This document shows positions 14,444-27,726 of a DNA stretch of 64,000 nucleotides, one piece after another; within the stretch, counting starts at the first letter, position 1, and every line of letters begins with the position of its first letter. A model generated the notes under the pieces. It made no database searches. It saw only the letters and a list, made by a program, of their open reading frames with translations, and had not been told where the DNA came from. Source of the DNA: Chrysomallon squamiferum. Lineage: Eukaryota > Animalia > Mollusca. The stretch is taken from assembly GCA_012295275.1 (NCBI GenBank), contig CM022667.1:16864001-16928000 (forward strand), in the 5' to 3' direction. Made by a program: the position numbers and the translations under genes.

Positions 14444-14450
<7 letters not shown>
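11131..14450 (-). pseudogene. Family unit U3: orphan module exons without their own signal exon
   Basis: Exon 12660-12453 is an 8-Cys VWC-like exon (EVRRSCSYNGQIYRVGQ...) with a +1 frameshift at ~12507. Exon 11745-11554 is ERNCKTPSGHVLNGEEQKYFSDDGDCKCPP...ALCS. Exon 11336-11131 is KRTCITPFG...VALRI*. A relic exon lies at 13517-13405. The intron homolog at ~14390 runs into an AAT repeat where paralogs have the signal exon. Confidence 0.6.
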
Positions 14451-14495
<45 letters not shown>

Positions 14496-15191
14496 GGACT
14501 TTTCAATTTGATATAATTAATTAATAATCTACTTTTTTCCTGAATATATTAGTATTATGACAACAACCACTACTGCTGCAGCTACAGCTACTACTACTAC
14601 TACTGTTACCTCTTCAACTACTAATACTAATACTATTGCTAATACATTACTATTATTAATATTATTATATTACTTATATGACTAGTAGCGTTTATTCTAC
14701 TACTGCCACAACTTTTACAACTCTTCCACGACAACTGTTCCTTAGTCTTCATACCACTCTAAAAACAACAACTACTACTACCATTACTAGTACAACAACC
14801 ACTACTGCTACTGCTACTAAATCTACAATTACCATTCATAATACTATAATAATACCACGACTACCACTGCTGGTGCTAATACTAATAGATTATCACTGCT
14901 AAAACTCATGCTCCACCTACCACAACTGATACTAATGGCAATACTAAGCCTGCGACAACTACTACTGATACAATCACAGTTACTAATACTACACGATAAT
15001 ACTATGACATTTTCTACTGGTGTTCGCAGAAAGATAAACTGAAGAATTGTGTACCTCGATATGTGTACCTCAATTCATATTTTTACTTCCAATAATACTA
15101 TGATTCCTACTGGTATAACCGAGATTACTAATAATTAGACATTAAGTTCATCTTCTGCTGTTGGTATAGAGAGACACTGAAAAGTTTCTAC

Positions 15192-15372
15192 CTCTACACG
15201 TGTATCTTTGACAGGCATCAGGACCTTGATCAACAAGATCGAAACGCATTGGTGGGAAATAATCAGCGTATATACAACGAATTTCTAATTGAGATGAAGA
15301 AAAACCAGTAGGCTGACAACGACACTCGTCCGCACAGCGGTATTGGAGATGTGAGTACAGGTGGCGGTAGCT
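15192..15372 (-). pseudogene. Frameshifted VWC-like exon with internal deletion
   Basis: ELPPPVLTSPIP / CADECRCQPTGFSSSQLEIRCIYADYFPPMRFDLVDQGPDACQRYTCR. It is 181 nt against 237 nt in intact copies; AG and GT are retained. Confidence 0.8.
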
Positions 15373-16429
15373 CTGTAGCGTGTATGGAACACTAAGAACA
15401 ATCTTTTTTATTGTATACTCTAGTATTATAACGAATTCGACTACTACTAATGTAATTGCTCCTACTATTTCCACTAATACTACTAATACATTTATTACTA
15501 CTACTACTACTACTACTGTTGTTGTTGTTGTTGTCGTTGTTGTTGTTCTCGTTGCTATTGTTTTTAGTTTGTTTGGTCTGTTGTTGTTGTTTTTTGTTGT
15601 TAAAGTCTCGAAAAATACACTATTTCAAAGTCTGTAAAATGCTGAGAGTGGCATAGCGAAATCGCTATTAATTATTATCTGATTCTGCCTACAAGAAACA
15701 GTAGCAATAGCGGTAGTTGCTAATATTGTTGTCTAAATTTTAAATATGTAGTATTGAGATTCACAATGGGTTTCTTCTTTTATTTTTCATTTGATGTTTC
15801 TAACACTGGAAGTAAAATATCAATAATGTAACTACATTTTAAATTTTCGGACAAAGCAAATATCAGGTACGATGGATCATGGTATCATTTTATATAGACT
15901 ACTCAAATTCGGAGAATACGACCCCAGCCTTTGTCCATTTTCATACACTGATTTCTACTTCTTCTTATTCTTCTTCTTCTTAGCAATAACAGTAGTTGTG
16001 TATAGTGTTGTTTAAATGTATCATTACAATATAATTAATTAAACAAACTGTCTTGAAAACTCTCTCGCTGTCTCGGACACTGAGACACAAATGTAATTAT
16101 TCGTCTATAGTGCAAGAGAAAAATGCTTATTTTCAAAGATAATTCAGTGACACTGACAAAATTGTCCTCAAAGTGTAATCATAGATTAAATATGATGAAA
16201 CGCAAAACAAGGAACGGTTTGGTTCGTACTATAGCATAGAGATAACCTGGACGTTTGAGGTAAAGGAAACAGAGCAAGCTATTAATTAAAAAATAAAAAA
16301 TTAATAACAAACATTTTATTTATTTATTTATTTTTTTGTTTATTTATAGACAAAAATCAGGAGAGTTCATTTTAGTTCATCGGTGCTTTTCATACAGCTG
16401 CTACTTGAATTATTTTGTGTTTGGTAGTA

Positions 16430-17906
16430 TCATTCTGAAAGAAAAACAAAATAAATGATTAAACATTAACTGTTTATCTAGTAAAAAGTCTTAATACATA
16501 GATATATTATGCACGAAGGAGCAGCTGTGATAGACATACATAAACAAAGAAAAACTCACAAATACACACAAGCACTCATATAGCTCACGTGTATAATTGT
16601 GTGTCTTTGTGTGATGGCGTGTGCATATGTGTTGAAATAATCCTATTCACAGAAAAGAAGCACAGTCTTCCAATCCATCGTGCTAGGGAAAGTGTGAATT
16701 AAAGTAAATTTACTTCTGTATCTTATTCTACATTGTTAATATTACTATTTTTGCTGTTTCTACACGTTTCGGAAATTACGGTCCTCTTTTTTTCTTTGCT
16801 AAACAGAGGAGCTACTGTGTTTCTGCTTTCAACACTTACAGTCTAATTGAGGCATAAAACATACTTCACGTTTGATTCATCTTGGAAATAGTTCGTTGTA
16901 AAATTAAATATTTCGACTTCCTGTTAAAAATATATTCATAAACACTAATTCATTTAAGAATATATCACAGTTTCTAATTAACCCAAAAAACATTCCGAAT
17001 ATTTCGTTCTCGGAAAACGTACAAAATATCTGATTTAAAAATTCAAAACGCAATTTCAACTCGTTCTGTAAAACGCCTGGCATATGAAACAAGTCGTGAA
17101 TAATGTGGTTGAAAGACAACATAGCTGTAAGGAGGTACTGGAGAAAACAGATTCTGTACTTCATCATGAAGAGAGACAAAAGGACAAACAGAGAGAGACA
17201 GAGAGCGAGAGAGATGTATCTATGTATATATGTTTGTTTGTGTATATGTGTGTATATATATATATACGTATGTATGTATATATGTATGTATGTATATTTG
17301 TATGAATTTATGTAAGAATGTATGTAAGAACATTCCAAACGTTGGGCTAATTTGTGTGTTTTTTTTTTTTTTTTCTTGTTATTGTTGGATCTTTTTTTTT
17401 TTTTTTTTTTTTTGGGGGTATTTTTGTTGTTGTTGCTGATTTTTTGTCATTATCTTACTTCTTGGTTTTGGTGGTGGTGTTTCTGCTGTCATTCCTCCAC
17501 AGTAGTTTTCCCTGCAATAAACTTTGTATCCTTCATCACCTATTCCGCAGTAACAATCACCTAAACAAGGATTATCTAATGTCACGGGTCCGACATCATA
17601 TGGTTTCCCTAAATAATAGCATGTTGTGAAGTTCGGTGTTGTATAAGCTGAAATAAGCAAGAAGCATGGAGAAAAGATCAACAATATTTGTACAGTGATG
17701 ATGACTTAATACTATGATGTGTGTAAACAGAGAGATAGAGAAACAGAGAAACAGAGAAAGATAGAGAGGCAATCAGAAAAAGACAAATACACAGACACGT
17801 GCTGTTTAGGTATTATTAATCTTAATGTTATATATATATCTGTGTGTGTGTTTGTGTGTGTGTGTCTCTCACTCTTTATCTATTTCCTTATCTATCTATC
17901 TATCTA

Positions 17907-17951
<45 letters not shown>

Positions 17952-19161
17952 CCGTATTTCTGTATGCATGCCTCCATCGATGGATGAATGTATATATGTT
18001 TCTTAGTTGGTTTTTTCAGTGTCTTACTTGTTGTTGGTGGTTCTGATGGTGGTTCTGGTGGTGGTTCTGATGTTGGTTCTGGAGGTGGTTCTGGTGTTGG
18101 TTCTGATGGTGGTTCTGGTAGCGGTTCTGATATTGCTTCTGATGGTGGTTCTAGTGGTCGTTTTGGTATTGGTTCTGATGGTGATTCTGGTGATAGTTCT
18201 GATAGTGGTTCTGATGGTGACTCCGTTGGTGGCTCTGTTGGTGGTTCTGTTGGTGGTTCTGCTGTTATGTCTGCCAAGAAAGTTTATTTTCCTGGTTTAA
18301 ATACTATTCTTCCTAACATATTATGTATGTGATTCATTGTTAACATTTATTCGGATTTGTTTAACTTGTTCTACATCATGTATCATCTGCGTGCGTGCGT
18401 GTGTGTGTGTCTGCGGGTGGGTGGGTAGGTGTGTCTAACTGTATAGACGCGAATCACCATTTAACGAACCCGTATTTGTCTGATTTTTCTCATATCCGGG
18501 CAAAATCTGGAAAATATATAAGTATTCTTGAATCTCGGGAGCTAGCAAAGCGTCGGAAACATGTCTCGTAGTGCGTCTGTCAAACAAACAAAAAGCACGC
18601 AGAAAATATTAACAATATGTGTACGTTCAGCATGATTTAGTTCTCTGATCTCTGACAAAGAAAGTTAAATTTTCTGGTTTAAATTCTATTGCTCCCAACA
18701 TATGTCGCATTCGATTTTTTGTTAACCATAATCCAAATCTCTTTAATTTAATATATAATCTCATTGAATTTAGTTCTCAGATATTGTGAATTGTTGTTGT
18801 TGTGATGGTAAATACAGAAATCTGCTGCAACTGCAGTTAGTTTTAACAATGCTGATTTATTTCTGCCACAGAACAAAGGAGATAAATCACCAGAAAATTT
18901 AAATGTTATTGGTAAAATTTCCTCTGCTGGCGTTTACAGTAAATAGAAGAATTTAAAGTGGGTGTTAATTTTTCAATACATCAATAGTAAATATGGGACA
19001 GAGTGATCCACACTGAGAACAGCAGTAACCGACAAATTAATGTACCATAAATATAATAATCATTTATTCCTTTTTTATGTATAATGATAAATTACATTTA
19101 TTTTTTACTAATGTTGAATCAAGTGTTTAAATAATTGCAATATTTTGTTTTATTTTGTCGC

Positions 19162-19244
<83 letters not shown>

Positions 19245-20423
19245 ACAAAGGAAAGAGCACATTTTAAAATTAATTGTACTGCATTAAATACTTTTCATTC
19301 CAACATATCGCAAGTGATTCATTGTTAGGCATAATGGAAATGATTTTAATCTTTATTTATCCTGCTTGTATTCAAGTACTGTGAACTGCTGTTGCTATGA
19401 CCGTAAATGCGACGATAAAATATAACAGCAGTTATGTTTAAAAATGCCGATTAATGTTTACCGTACCAGAAAGTAAATAAATGGTAAGAAAACTGAAACT
19501 TTGTTAATAACAGTTTCACTTCTGGTATTTAAGTAATGACAGGAATTTAAAGCGAGTTTTAGTTTTTCAATCTATTTCTAGTAAATCAGAATATTTTTGC
19601 GAGCTTGCAATACCCGACAGCAGCAAATGATTATAAGAAAGATAAAATTCATTGATATCAATATTTAATACTTTATTATAATTTTTACTTAGTGGTCAGG
19701 TTTTTGCATTGCTGTTAAATAATTAAAATTTAGTATTTTTACATATATTGTAATCAGTCATCCTTGAATTTAAAAAGAAAGTTAGTTATAGTTAATATTC
19801 ATGTATAAAGTTTTTCTCTACAAATACAGGACTGAGGACATTCAGATGTACAGTTTAACTATATCAGAAACGAGAGGATTAGGAGATTAACTAAATTATT
19901 CCTTATAATAATATTTATAATAATGGTCAGATTCTTACATTGGTTTACACTGGGTCGATTGGGTCGTGGTGTAATGAATGGGCCAGGAAACGAAAACGTG
20001 ACAAGCCAAATGTTTCAGATCGGGAGACCGTTCTTTGTTAATATTCCAAACACTGGTGATATGCACATACAGCTGTTTCAGAAACACTGCATCCTGACGT
20101 AATGATACTTTCTACTATAGCACTCCCAGTTCCAACATTGCATTAGTATATGAACAATAGTAAATAAATAAGAGTTTTAACTATAACAACCGTATATGAA
20201 GATTTACTTTCAGATTATTCTACTATTGAAATAAGTGAATAAAAAAGGACGCAAATGAAAACGAAACTTATCTAGAAGTTGTTTAGGGGTTGTTAAAGGA
20301 TTAAGCTATATATATAAAATTATACATTTATAAAATTATCCCTGGGAATAATTATACATGGTTTTACAAAGCTTATGAACCGAGAAAAATGCTTGTTTGC
20401 TTAAAATTTGTTTGTTCGTTTGA

Positions 20424-20464
<41 letters not shown>

Positions 20465-20749
20465 GTTGTTGTTGTTGTTGTTGTTGTTGTTATTATTATT
20501 AAAATTACTATTGCTGTTGTTATTGTTTCTGTTCATATTGTAACTGTTTTTATGTCTAAAATGCATTACTACATAGAAAACAGCAGTAATAATAATAATA
20601 AGAAGAAGAAGAAGAAGAAGATGAAGAAGAAGAAGAACAGTAATAATAATAATAATAAACTACAAACTACCTTGAGTCGCTGGCATTGACAAGACAGACG
20701 AAATAATAAAATTCAAACACAGGACGAAGGAGAGCATGTGAACAGCCAT
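16430..20749 (-). CDS. Family unit U4: secreted protein of ~171 aa (signal + Pro/Glu/Ser linker + 6-Cys VWC-like module)
   Basis: Exons 20749-20671 MAVHMLSFVLCLNFIISSVLSMPATQ; 18270-18028 linker; 17647-17459 YTTPNFTTCYYLGKPYDVGPVTLDNPCLGDCYCGIGDEGYKVYCRENYCGGMTAETPPPKPR; 16434-16430 K*, followed by AATAAA motifs. All introns GT-AG, phase 1. Confidence 0.65.
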
Positions 20750-20767
20750 ATTGTCGCTTTTCTTGTA

Positions 20768-20779
20768 TGACTTGAGTCA
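20768..20779 (-). promoter_or_regulatory. AP-1 site of U4
   Basis: tgacttgagtca, with TGAGTCA intact at the conserved position. Confidence 0.5.
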
Positions 20780-21044
20780 GTATTTGTAATATTTAAGTAA
20801 CACCTGTAGCAATTGATGTGTGACGTGTCAGTGCGGTAGACATTAAATACTCATAGCCATGGTTTTTGATTTTCCTTATTATACTGATCTCAGCGTAAGA
20901 ACATTTACGGTATTCTTCAGTTTTAAATACTGTACATCAGATACCATTAGATTAAAAACAATATTAGATAAGAATTTCTTTTTACTTGATTTCTTCTGTA
21001 CTAATAGATTATCCTGCATTGAAAAAATCGTGTTTAATTTTACT

Positions 21045-21244
21045 NNNNNNNNNNNNNNNNNNNNNNNNNNNNNNNNNNNNNNNNNNNNNNNNNNNNNNNN
21101 NNNNNNNNNNNNNNNNNNNNNNNNNNNNNNNNNNNNNNNNNNNNNNNNNNNNNNNNNNNNNNNNNNNNNNNNNNNNNNNNNNNNNNNNNNNNNNNNNNNN
21201 NNNNNNNNNNNNNNNNNNNNNNNNNNNNNNNNNNNNNNNNNNNN
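21045..21244. other. Assembly gap (200 N)
   Basis: Run of n immediately after the end of a duplicated segment. Confidence 1.
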
Positions 21245-21359
21245 TATTTTTAATACAACTTGTTCCCCACAGTTGAATTTCAAAAATCATCATCTTCCTG
21301 CGGACGACTCCTTTGACACTGCTGCTCTTCGAGACATTGTGCATTCTCTGTTCAGATCA

Positions 21360-22482
21360 TCCCTGAAGGTAAAATAGCACACCTCAGTAAATATTTGAAT
21401 ATGCAAGTATATCAAAATAATGTACTGCTTATCAGGACGTTAAATTAAAAATAATTTTAAAATAACATTACGTGGTATCAGTGCTTACAAGTAGCGACGG
21501 CCAGTGTTTACCTCAGATTACCAGCTATTCTCAACCACTGTTTTAGAGATAATAGCCTAGTTTACTTTGATCAGTCTGACTTCAGATTACCAACTATTAT
21601 GAAATAATAGTTATAATATTTCAATAAAATAGCTATATAATTATATAGTTAAATAGGAATTTATTAGAAAGCCACATAAAACTAGCTTTCAAAAACTTAA
21701 ACAGAGCCGTAAAAACTTACAGTTACCTAAGTCAGCTACAGGGTCTTTTATCATTCCTGTATCGGATCGTGGCGAGAGTGTTTGGAACTTTAGTAGTAGA
21801 CATGCAGACCTTAGTCGGTCCCCCAAAACAACGTAGCTTATATAATTTTTGTCCGTCACATAAGCTTATCAGCTGTATATTATGTCACTATTTGTACTTC
21901 TTACTTTTTTTATTACTGACAATGTATATCAATAAGCTGTAAAGATTAAGATAATAAAACAATCATATCACACGGCAGGTGAGACTGGGAGATAAAGAAT
22001 ATTGAGAGAGCAGAAAGAATATGTATGCTATGTAACAGATGTCAGATTGAAGATGAGACTGAAAATAACAAATCATTGTGTAATTCGGGAAAATATTTGC
22101 TTAAAGCATTTCAGTGTTAAACAGTTTTGATTAGTTAGATATAATTTAGGTGCTATAATTTATGCGCTACATTATTTTGCATTGTTTACTATTGATATTG
22201 TAAATCAGTAATCTGTAAATCTTAGCATATTAAAGAATTGGATTGAACCACTAATTCCTTCAATGAACAGATGTAAACAAAGCATAAAACCCATTTGATT
22301 CATTGCCTGAAATGGTTTCAGGCAGAATGTCAAACAACACAAACCAAAATCCAGTCTTTTGGCTTAATTCCTGGAAATTTTAGTCATTAGGCAAAACTCC
22401 TTACGGTCTTGGGCATTAGTCTAAATGTCTAAACAATTCAGGCATTAGGCCCAATGACTAGTTTGACATATTGACTGTAACA
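21360..22482 (-). mobile_element. End of an interspersed element with a TGTTACAG terminus (copy A; inverted relative to 24299-25600)
   Basis: gtttgacatattgactgtaaca (to 22482) is the reverse complement of tgttacagtcaatatgtcaaac (24299). Homology extends ~1.1 kb to tccctgaaggtaaaatagcacacctcag. Confidence 0.7.
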
Positions 22483-22495
22483 TGATAATAATGAC

Positions 22496-22538
<43 letters not shown>

Positions 22539-22568
22539 TATATATATATATATATATAGATATATATA

Positions 22569-23316
22569 CAGTGGTATCTTGTCCTACGAATTTAATTCGT
22601 TCCATGACCGAGCTCATAACTCAATTTGTTTGTATATCAAATCAGTTTTCCCAAATGAAATTAATTGAAATACCATTAAACCCCCCCCAAAAAAACCATC
22701 CCATGTTTTTGTAACATTTTTAAATAAGAAAAATGTATGTATAAATGACAAATATTGTGCAAAAACAAAATAAAAGATAATATAAAGAAATAAATTGGTT
22801 TTGTAAAGTGTACAGGTTTAGGGTTTTTCCATCACTTCATGGTCAGAGGTCCGCAGTTTAGAAATTATTTTATAACATTTGGCTGAAGTTATAGGCTTTG
22901 TCGAAGCCTTCTGCTTCGGTATGGTACCTGTCGCAGAAGTACTACGCTCGTACTGCCTAGTCATGATGATTAAATGCGCACACCTACGAATTCAAAATTT
23001 AATTCAACGGACATCATCCGCTTCTTCTTCTCAGCACTGTCCTTTGCACTCACATTCTTAGGATCCATGGAAATTTGGGAAAATACCTCAAATACACGCG
23101 AGCACACAACAACATAGATGCTTCCACGGCAAGGTAACCACGTGAAGCAAACGAGTGAGACGCCGGGATGCTGGCCGGATGTTGTGTTGTTCGTTGCGCC
23201 AAATAGTGGCGGCGCATCTGAAGATAGCTCGTAACTCAAAGCAAAAACTGGACCGGCCGACTGCGGTAACTCTGAAAACTCGTAAGTTGGAGCGCTCGTA
23301 ACTCGAGATACCAATG
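22569..23316. mobile_element. Tigger/pogo-like non-autonomous DNA transposon
   Basis: Left end ta|cagtggtatcttg...tacga; right end ...tcgtaactcgagataccaatg. These are imperfect TIRs like the CAGTGGTACCTCG termini of Tigger; TA on the left. Confidence 0.75.
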
Positions 23317-23959
23317 TGTGTGTGAGTGAGTGTGAGAGTGTGCGTATGTGTGTATATAATGTGAGTGTGTCCCTGTGTATATGTATATATGTATGTGAGA
23401 GAGAGAAAGAGCTAAAGAATTATTTTATTTATAAACTCGAAGAGAGAGAGAGAGATAGTAAAATAAAATTCTCTGTAAACAAGATATAGCTACATTATCA
23501 TGCCAGATCATTTACTCAGTCTGTTACGGTGTTTCCCAGTTAATTACAGCACTAAATGATGTCACTAAAAGAAAAATGACAGAGAGTCTACATTAACATA
23601 GGTTTATGATTTTACTAATATCACTGATGAGAGAGAAAGATGAAGGATTTTATTAAGTATTAATTATATTTTCCAAGAGATAATATACTCTTTAATTTTT
23701 AATAATTTAAAGTGAACAGTTATACGGTAAATTAGCATACGTTCCAATTCGTTTTATTTCTTTTCAACCTTATGTGAAATTAAAACTAAATAATCATCTC
23801 TTTGAACCAATAATATATTCAGGTAATCGTTCTGAAAATTAGATTATGTATGTATGTATGTATTAATAAATATTTGTGTGAAGTTGTATAATATTATGAT
23901 GAATATTCATTATTTTGCACTTAAAATGTGTTAAATTAAATGAAAAACTTATTATTTTT

Positions 23960-24240
23960 TGTTGATAACACCTTTTTTCTAAGTGGTGGTTTTGCACATA
24001 TCGATGGTGTCGTTGCAGTCGGTTAGGAACACAAAGCCACATTCAACTGTGCTTCCCATGACTGTCTGCTGTGAGCTTTATAACGTGTTAGCTTCAAATC
24101 TATCCATTCCAAAAACCGGTCACAGGGTCGTGCATTAATGAAATCTTAGAAAAATGGTTCATGTCATTTCTGCTGTCTGATTTGAATTCATCAAATAAAA
24201 GTACATGAGCATCTCAGGTACCATGCAGGTACGTCTACAT
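23960..24240 (-). pseudogene. Relic terminal exon of the family (paralog of 32377-32660), truncated next to element B
   Basis: SWEAQLNVALCS*PTATTPSICAKPP; the flank 23380-23960 is homologous to 31860-32375. Confidence 0.65.
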
Positions 24241-24298
24241 TAATATAGGTTGATAGTTTGATGCCTCTGTTTCACAGAAAAGTAGCCATATGTTTATA

Positions 24299-25600
24299 TG
24301 TTACAGTCAATATGTCAAACTAGTCACTTGACCTAATGCCTGAAATATTTAGGCATTTAGCCTAATGACCAAGACCGTCAGGTGTTGGGTCTAATGACTA
24401 AAATTTCAAGGAATTAGGACAAATGACTGGAGTTTGGTTCCTGTTGTTTGACATTCCTCCTTGTAGCAATTCAGGCAATCAGCCAAACAGGTTTTATGCT
24501 TTGTTTATATCTGCTCATTGAAGGGATCAGTGGTTCAATTCAATTTTTGTTAGCGTATGCTTTACAGGTTATTGACATACAATGTCAGTAATAAAAGATG
24601 CAAATACAAATAATAAAGCACATAAATTATATCTAACTAATCAAAACGTTTCTTCACTGAAATGCTTTAAACAAATACTTTCCCAAATTACACAGTGATT
24701 TCTTATTTTCAATCTCGTCTTCAATCTCACCATTGTTACGTAATATACATATTCTTTGTGCTCTCTCTCAATATTCCTATATCTTCCAGTCTCATTTGCT
24801 AGCTGATGTGCAGTGTTTTACTATCGTAAGCTTTACAGCTTATTGATATACAATGTCAATAATAAAAAATGCAAGAAGTAAAAATACTCATATAATATAC
24901 AGCTGACTCACTTTTGTTAAATAAAACTGAATTGTTAAACCATCTCTAATGTATTTATATAAATTGTCACATTTCACATATGTATTTAGCTGGAATGAAA
25001 GATTCTGCCTTGCTTGGTGAACACTTTTCATTAGTCTGGTCCTGCTCTATCCATATGTGTCCTGTGACGGAAACAACGCTTAATAATTATATAAGCTAAG
25101 TGTGACGGAGACAACAGACTCTTCTTTAATATGTAATTGATGTTAGATTTCCTGAAAAAGTATATAAGCTATGTTGTTTTTTGGGAGGCATTAGTGTCTG
25201 CATGTCTACTAAAGTTCCAAACAGTCTGGGCACGATCCTGATACAGGAATGTTAAAAGACCCTCTATGCGGTTTTTCCTAGGCACTAAAAGCATCTGTTG
25301 CATTTTTTGGGAGGAGAGATAAGTTTTACACCGTAAAATATATATATTGAAGTAGTATAACCATTATTTGAGAATAGTTGATAATCTGAGACGAGAATGA
25401 TCTAACTAAACTTCAGGGTATTATCTCTGAAGAAGTTGGTGAAAATAGCTGGTAATCTGAGGTCAGCTCTGACCATCAGTAATTGTAAACACTGATACCA
25501 CAATGGTGTTATTGACAACTGATTGTGATGTCAACGTCCTGCTAACCATATACTTGCATATTCAAATACTTACTGAGGTGTGCTATTTTACCTTCAGGGA
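24299..25600 (+). mobile_element. Copy B of the TGTTACAG-terminated element
   Basis: Reverse-complement match to 21360-22482, with an internal insertion/duplication at ~24910-25160. Confidence 0.7.
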
Positions 25601-26544
25601 TAAACAGGTTTAATATCCTCCATATTTTCACCTATGTGGTGAGAGTAATTTTGTGCCATTGTAAGCTAACTCTGTAAATAACTATTATTAGATCATATAA
25701 TATGAATATTCTTTAAACCTAAACTACTGTTGTTGTGTTTCTGGTGGTTTAACGTTTACATATATGATCTTGTTCCCCGAACACCCTTAGAACCGAGCCA
25801 AATCGGGTAGCTATCTACCCGATACAGAGAGATCTGTATGTATTGTTAGTCCTATTTCCGAGGGAGAGTGTTTCACCTGTTTCGGGGTTCTAATTTGACT
25901 TCGTGACGACATTACTAATTACGACTGCCTTTCATGCCCCGTGATATATCGCAATTCCAATTCATATAAAGTTTTCCTAATAAAAGTCACCCAGTTATTT
26001 TTCTATAATATAAAATACAATTTTTGGTATTAATTAATTTCAGCCAATATTTAATCATTTGATATGTACGCTCATAAACTATAGGGAATCTTCTCAGTTC
26101 AAAATAGACATAATATTTGTGGTTCACCCTTTAACATTTAAAATATTTTTACAAAAATCTAAGTGAATTTTCTCAATAACATCTTCCTTTTGAAAACCCC
26201 ATATGTCACTACAATTAAAGAGCACACTAGTCATATATGTATCAAACAGTAACAATAGAGAAATATAATTTGAAGACATATTATTTACACTCTGTGTTGC
26301 CTTATTGTTGTTTTATTCTAACATCAAAAAACAAAATAGATGGTGGGGATTACTGGTAGTGTTATTTTTACATCAAAGACCAATGATTTGAATACCAACA
26401 GTCATAGGGGTTTAAAGTTTTGCTTAGAACTGTTTATTGCACGGATTAGTGGTTATAGTATTCGTACATCAAAGACCAGTTATATGATAGGGATTAGTAG
26501 TAGTGTCATTGTTACATCAAAGTGTTGATAGGTGATATGAAATA

Positions 26545-26937
26545 GGGTGGAACCTCGAATGCTACACGTCCTATTGAAACTGGACAATAGTCTAATATTC
26601 TACGAGAAAAGGGAAAATGTCATATTTGTTATCTTAACACAATGGAGATGAATATCACTATATATTTGAATGTAATGATCCTATGTTATTAAATGCGAGA
26701 AAAGTACACCAGATAAATACGAGACATCAAAATATAACTTCATATAATAATTTACAGTAACAAATATTTATATTTAAAAAGCTATGGTCGATAACAAGAT
26801 GCATATGTGAGAGAGTGAGTCCTCCACGTTAAACTCCAACGCATGTGCATTTTAATTCGTTATTATATATCTGTAATACATTCTTCTCTGTACTGTAATC
26901 CTACAGGTCATGAGAATACAGTCACTGTCACTGTCAT
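26545..26937 (+). mobile_element. Decayed 3' end of a non-LTR retrotransposon
   Basis: PIETGQ*SNILREKGKCHIC...GDEYHYIFEC resembles the C-terminal LINE ORF2 motif (LPIETGR...CxxC...GDExH...C); ends in aataca plus a (gtcact)n tail. Confidence 0.65.
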
Positions 26938-26985
26938 AGATCACACTAACATCACTTATGTCTGGCTATGGAGGTTCCTCTAGAG

Positions 26986-27726
26986 CAGAGGTGGGCAAAC
27001 TACAGCCCTCGGGGCACATCCGGCCCACGATATCATTTTATCCGGCCCGCCAGGAATTTTCACGAAGAGTAAACCTATAACATTTTTAAATTTGTAGTCT
27101 TCATTTCACTGATTTTTATTCCCTGCGATATTTTATTGGTACCACCAGGTGGCGCACCCCAACTAGACTGGGCCTTTCTTCGCCGCAGACTAGAGATGGC
27201 AATTATGATTGGCACATTCAAACCGTCACGTGACGTTTGCTGTGAAGCGCCATCGACAAACAATTGAAAACCAATAGAAACTGTGATTGAACTTACGTAT
27301 CGAAACGGGGCGTGTCAGTGTGTATATCCACCACATTCCCTCGGATATGCATTGCTAGGTCTACCTCCAACTCTACCATCATCCTATATAACAAAATGAG
27401 CGTGCAAAAAAAGCGGAAGATTGACAGAGAGTGTCGGTTTTCAAAAAGGAATGGACTACAAAGGCCGTGTGTTACATTTGTCATGTGTATTTTTTATGCT
27501 TTCCGCTGGGCACCCTCAGCAACACTGTTCCCATTAAATCCATCAGCGGTGAGTTGTTTGTATGTAACAATACATTTGTTGATTAAACAACAGAAAAAAG
27601 AAATAGAGTGCATGTGTATTTTTTATGCTTTATGGCCGTTTCTTTTCCACCTCATAATATAGTGGCCCACTTGTCAGTTTCAAAAACTCAATTTGGCCCT
27701 TGAGCCAAAAGGTTTGCCCACCGCTG
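26986..27726 (+). mobile_element. Internally deleted hAT (Buster/Charlie/SPIN-type) DNA transposon
   Basis: TIRs CAGAGGTGGGCAAAC and GTTTGCCCACCGCTG; 8-bp TSD ctctagag / ctgtagaa (6 of 8 match); transposase N-terminal remnant MSVQKKRKIDRECR at 27396. Confidence 0.9.

Noticed and set aside
20859-21377. ORFs spanning the N run
   Set aside because: Artefact of the assembly gap.
22970-23314. 114-aa minus-strand ORF
   Set aside because: It lies within a Tigger-like non-autonomous element and has no transposase motifs.
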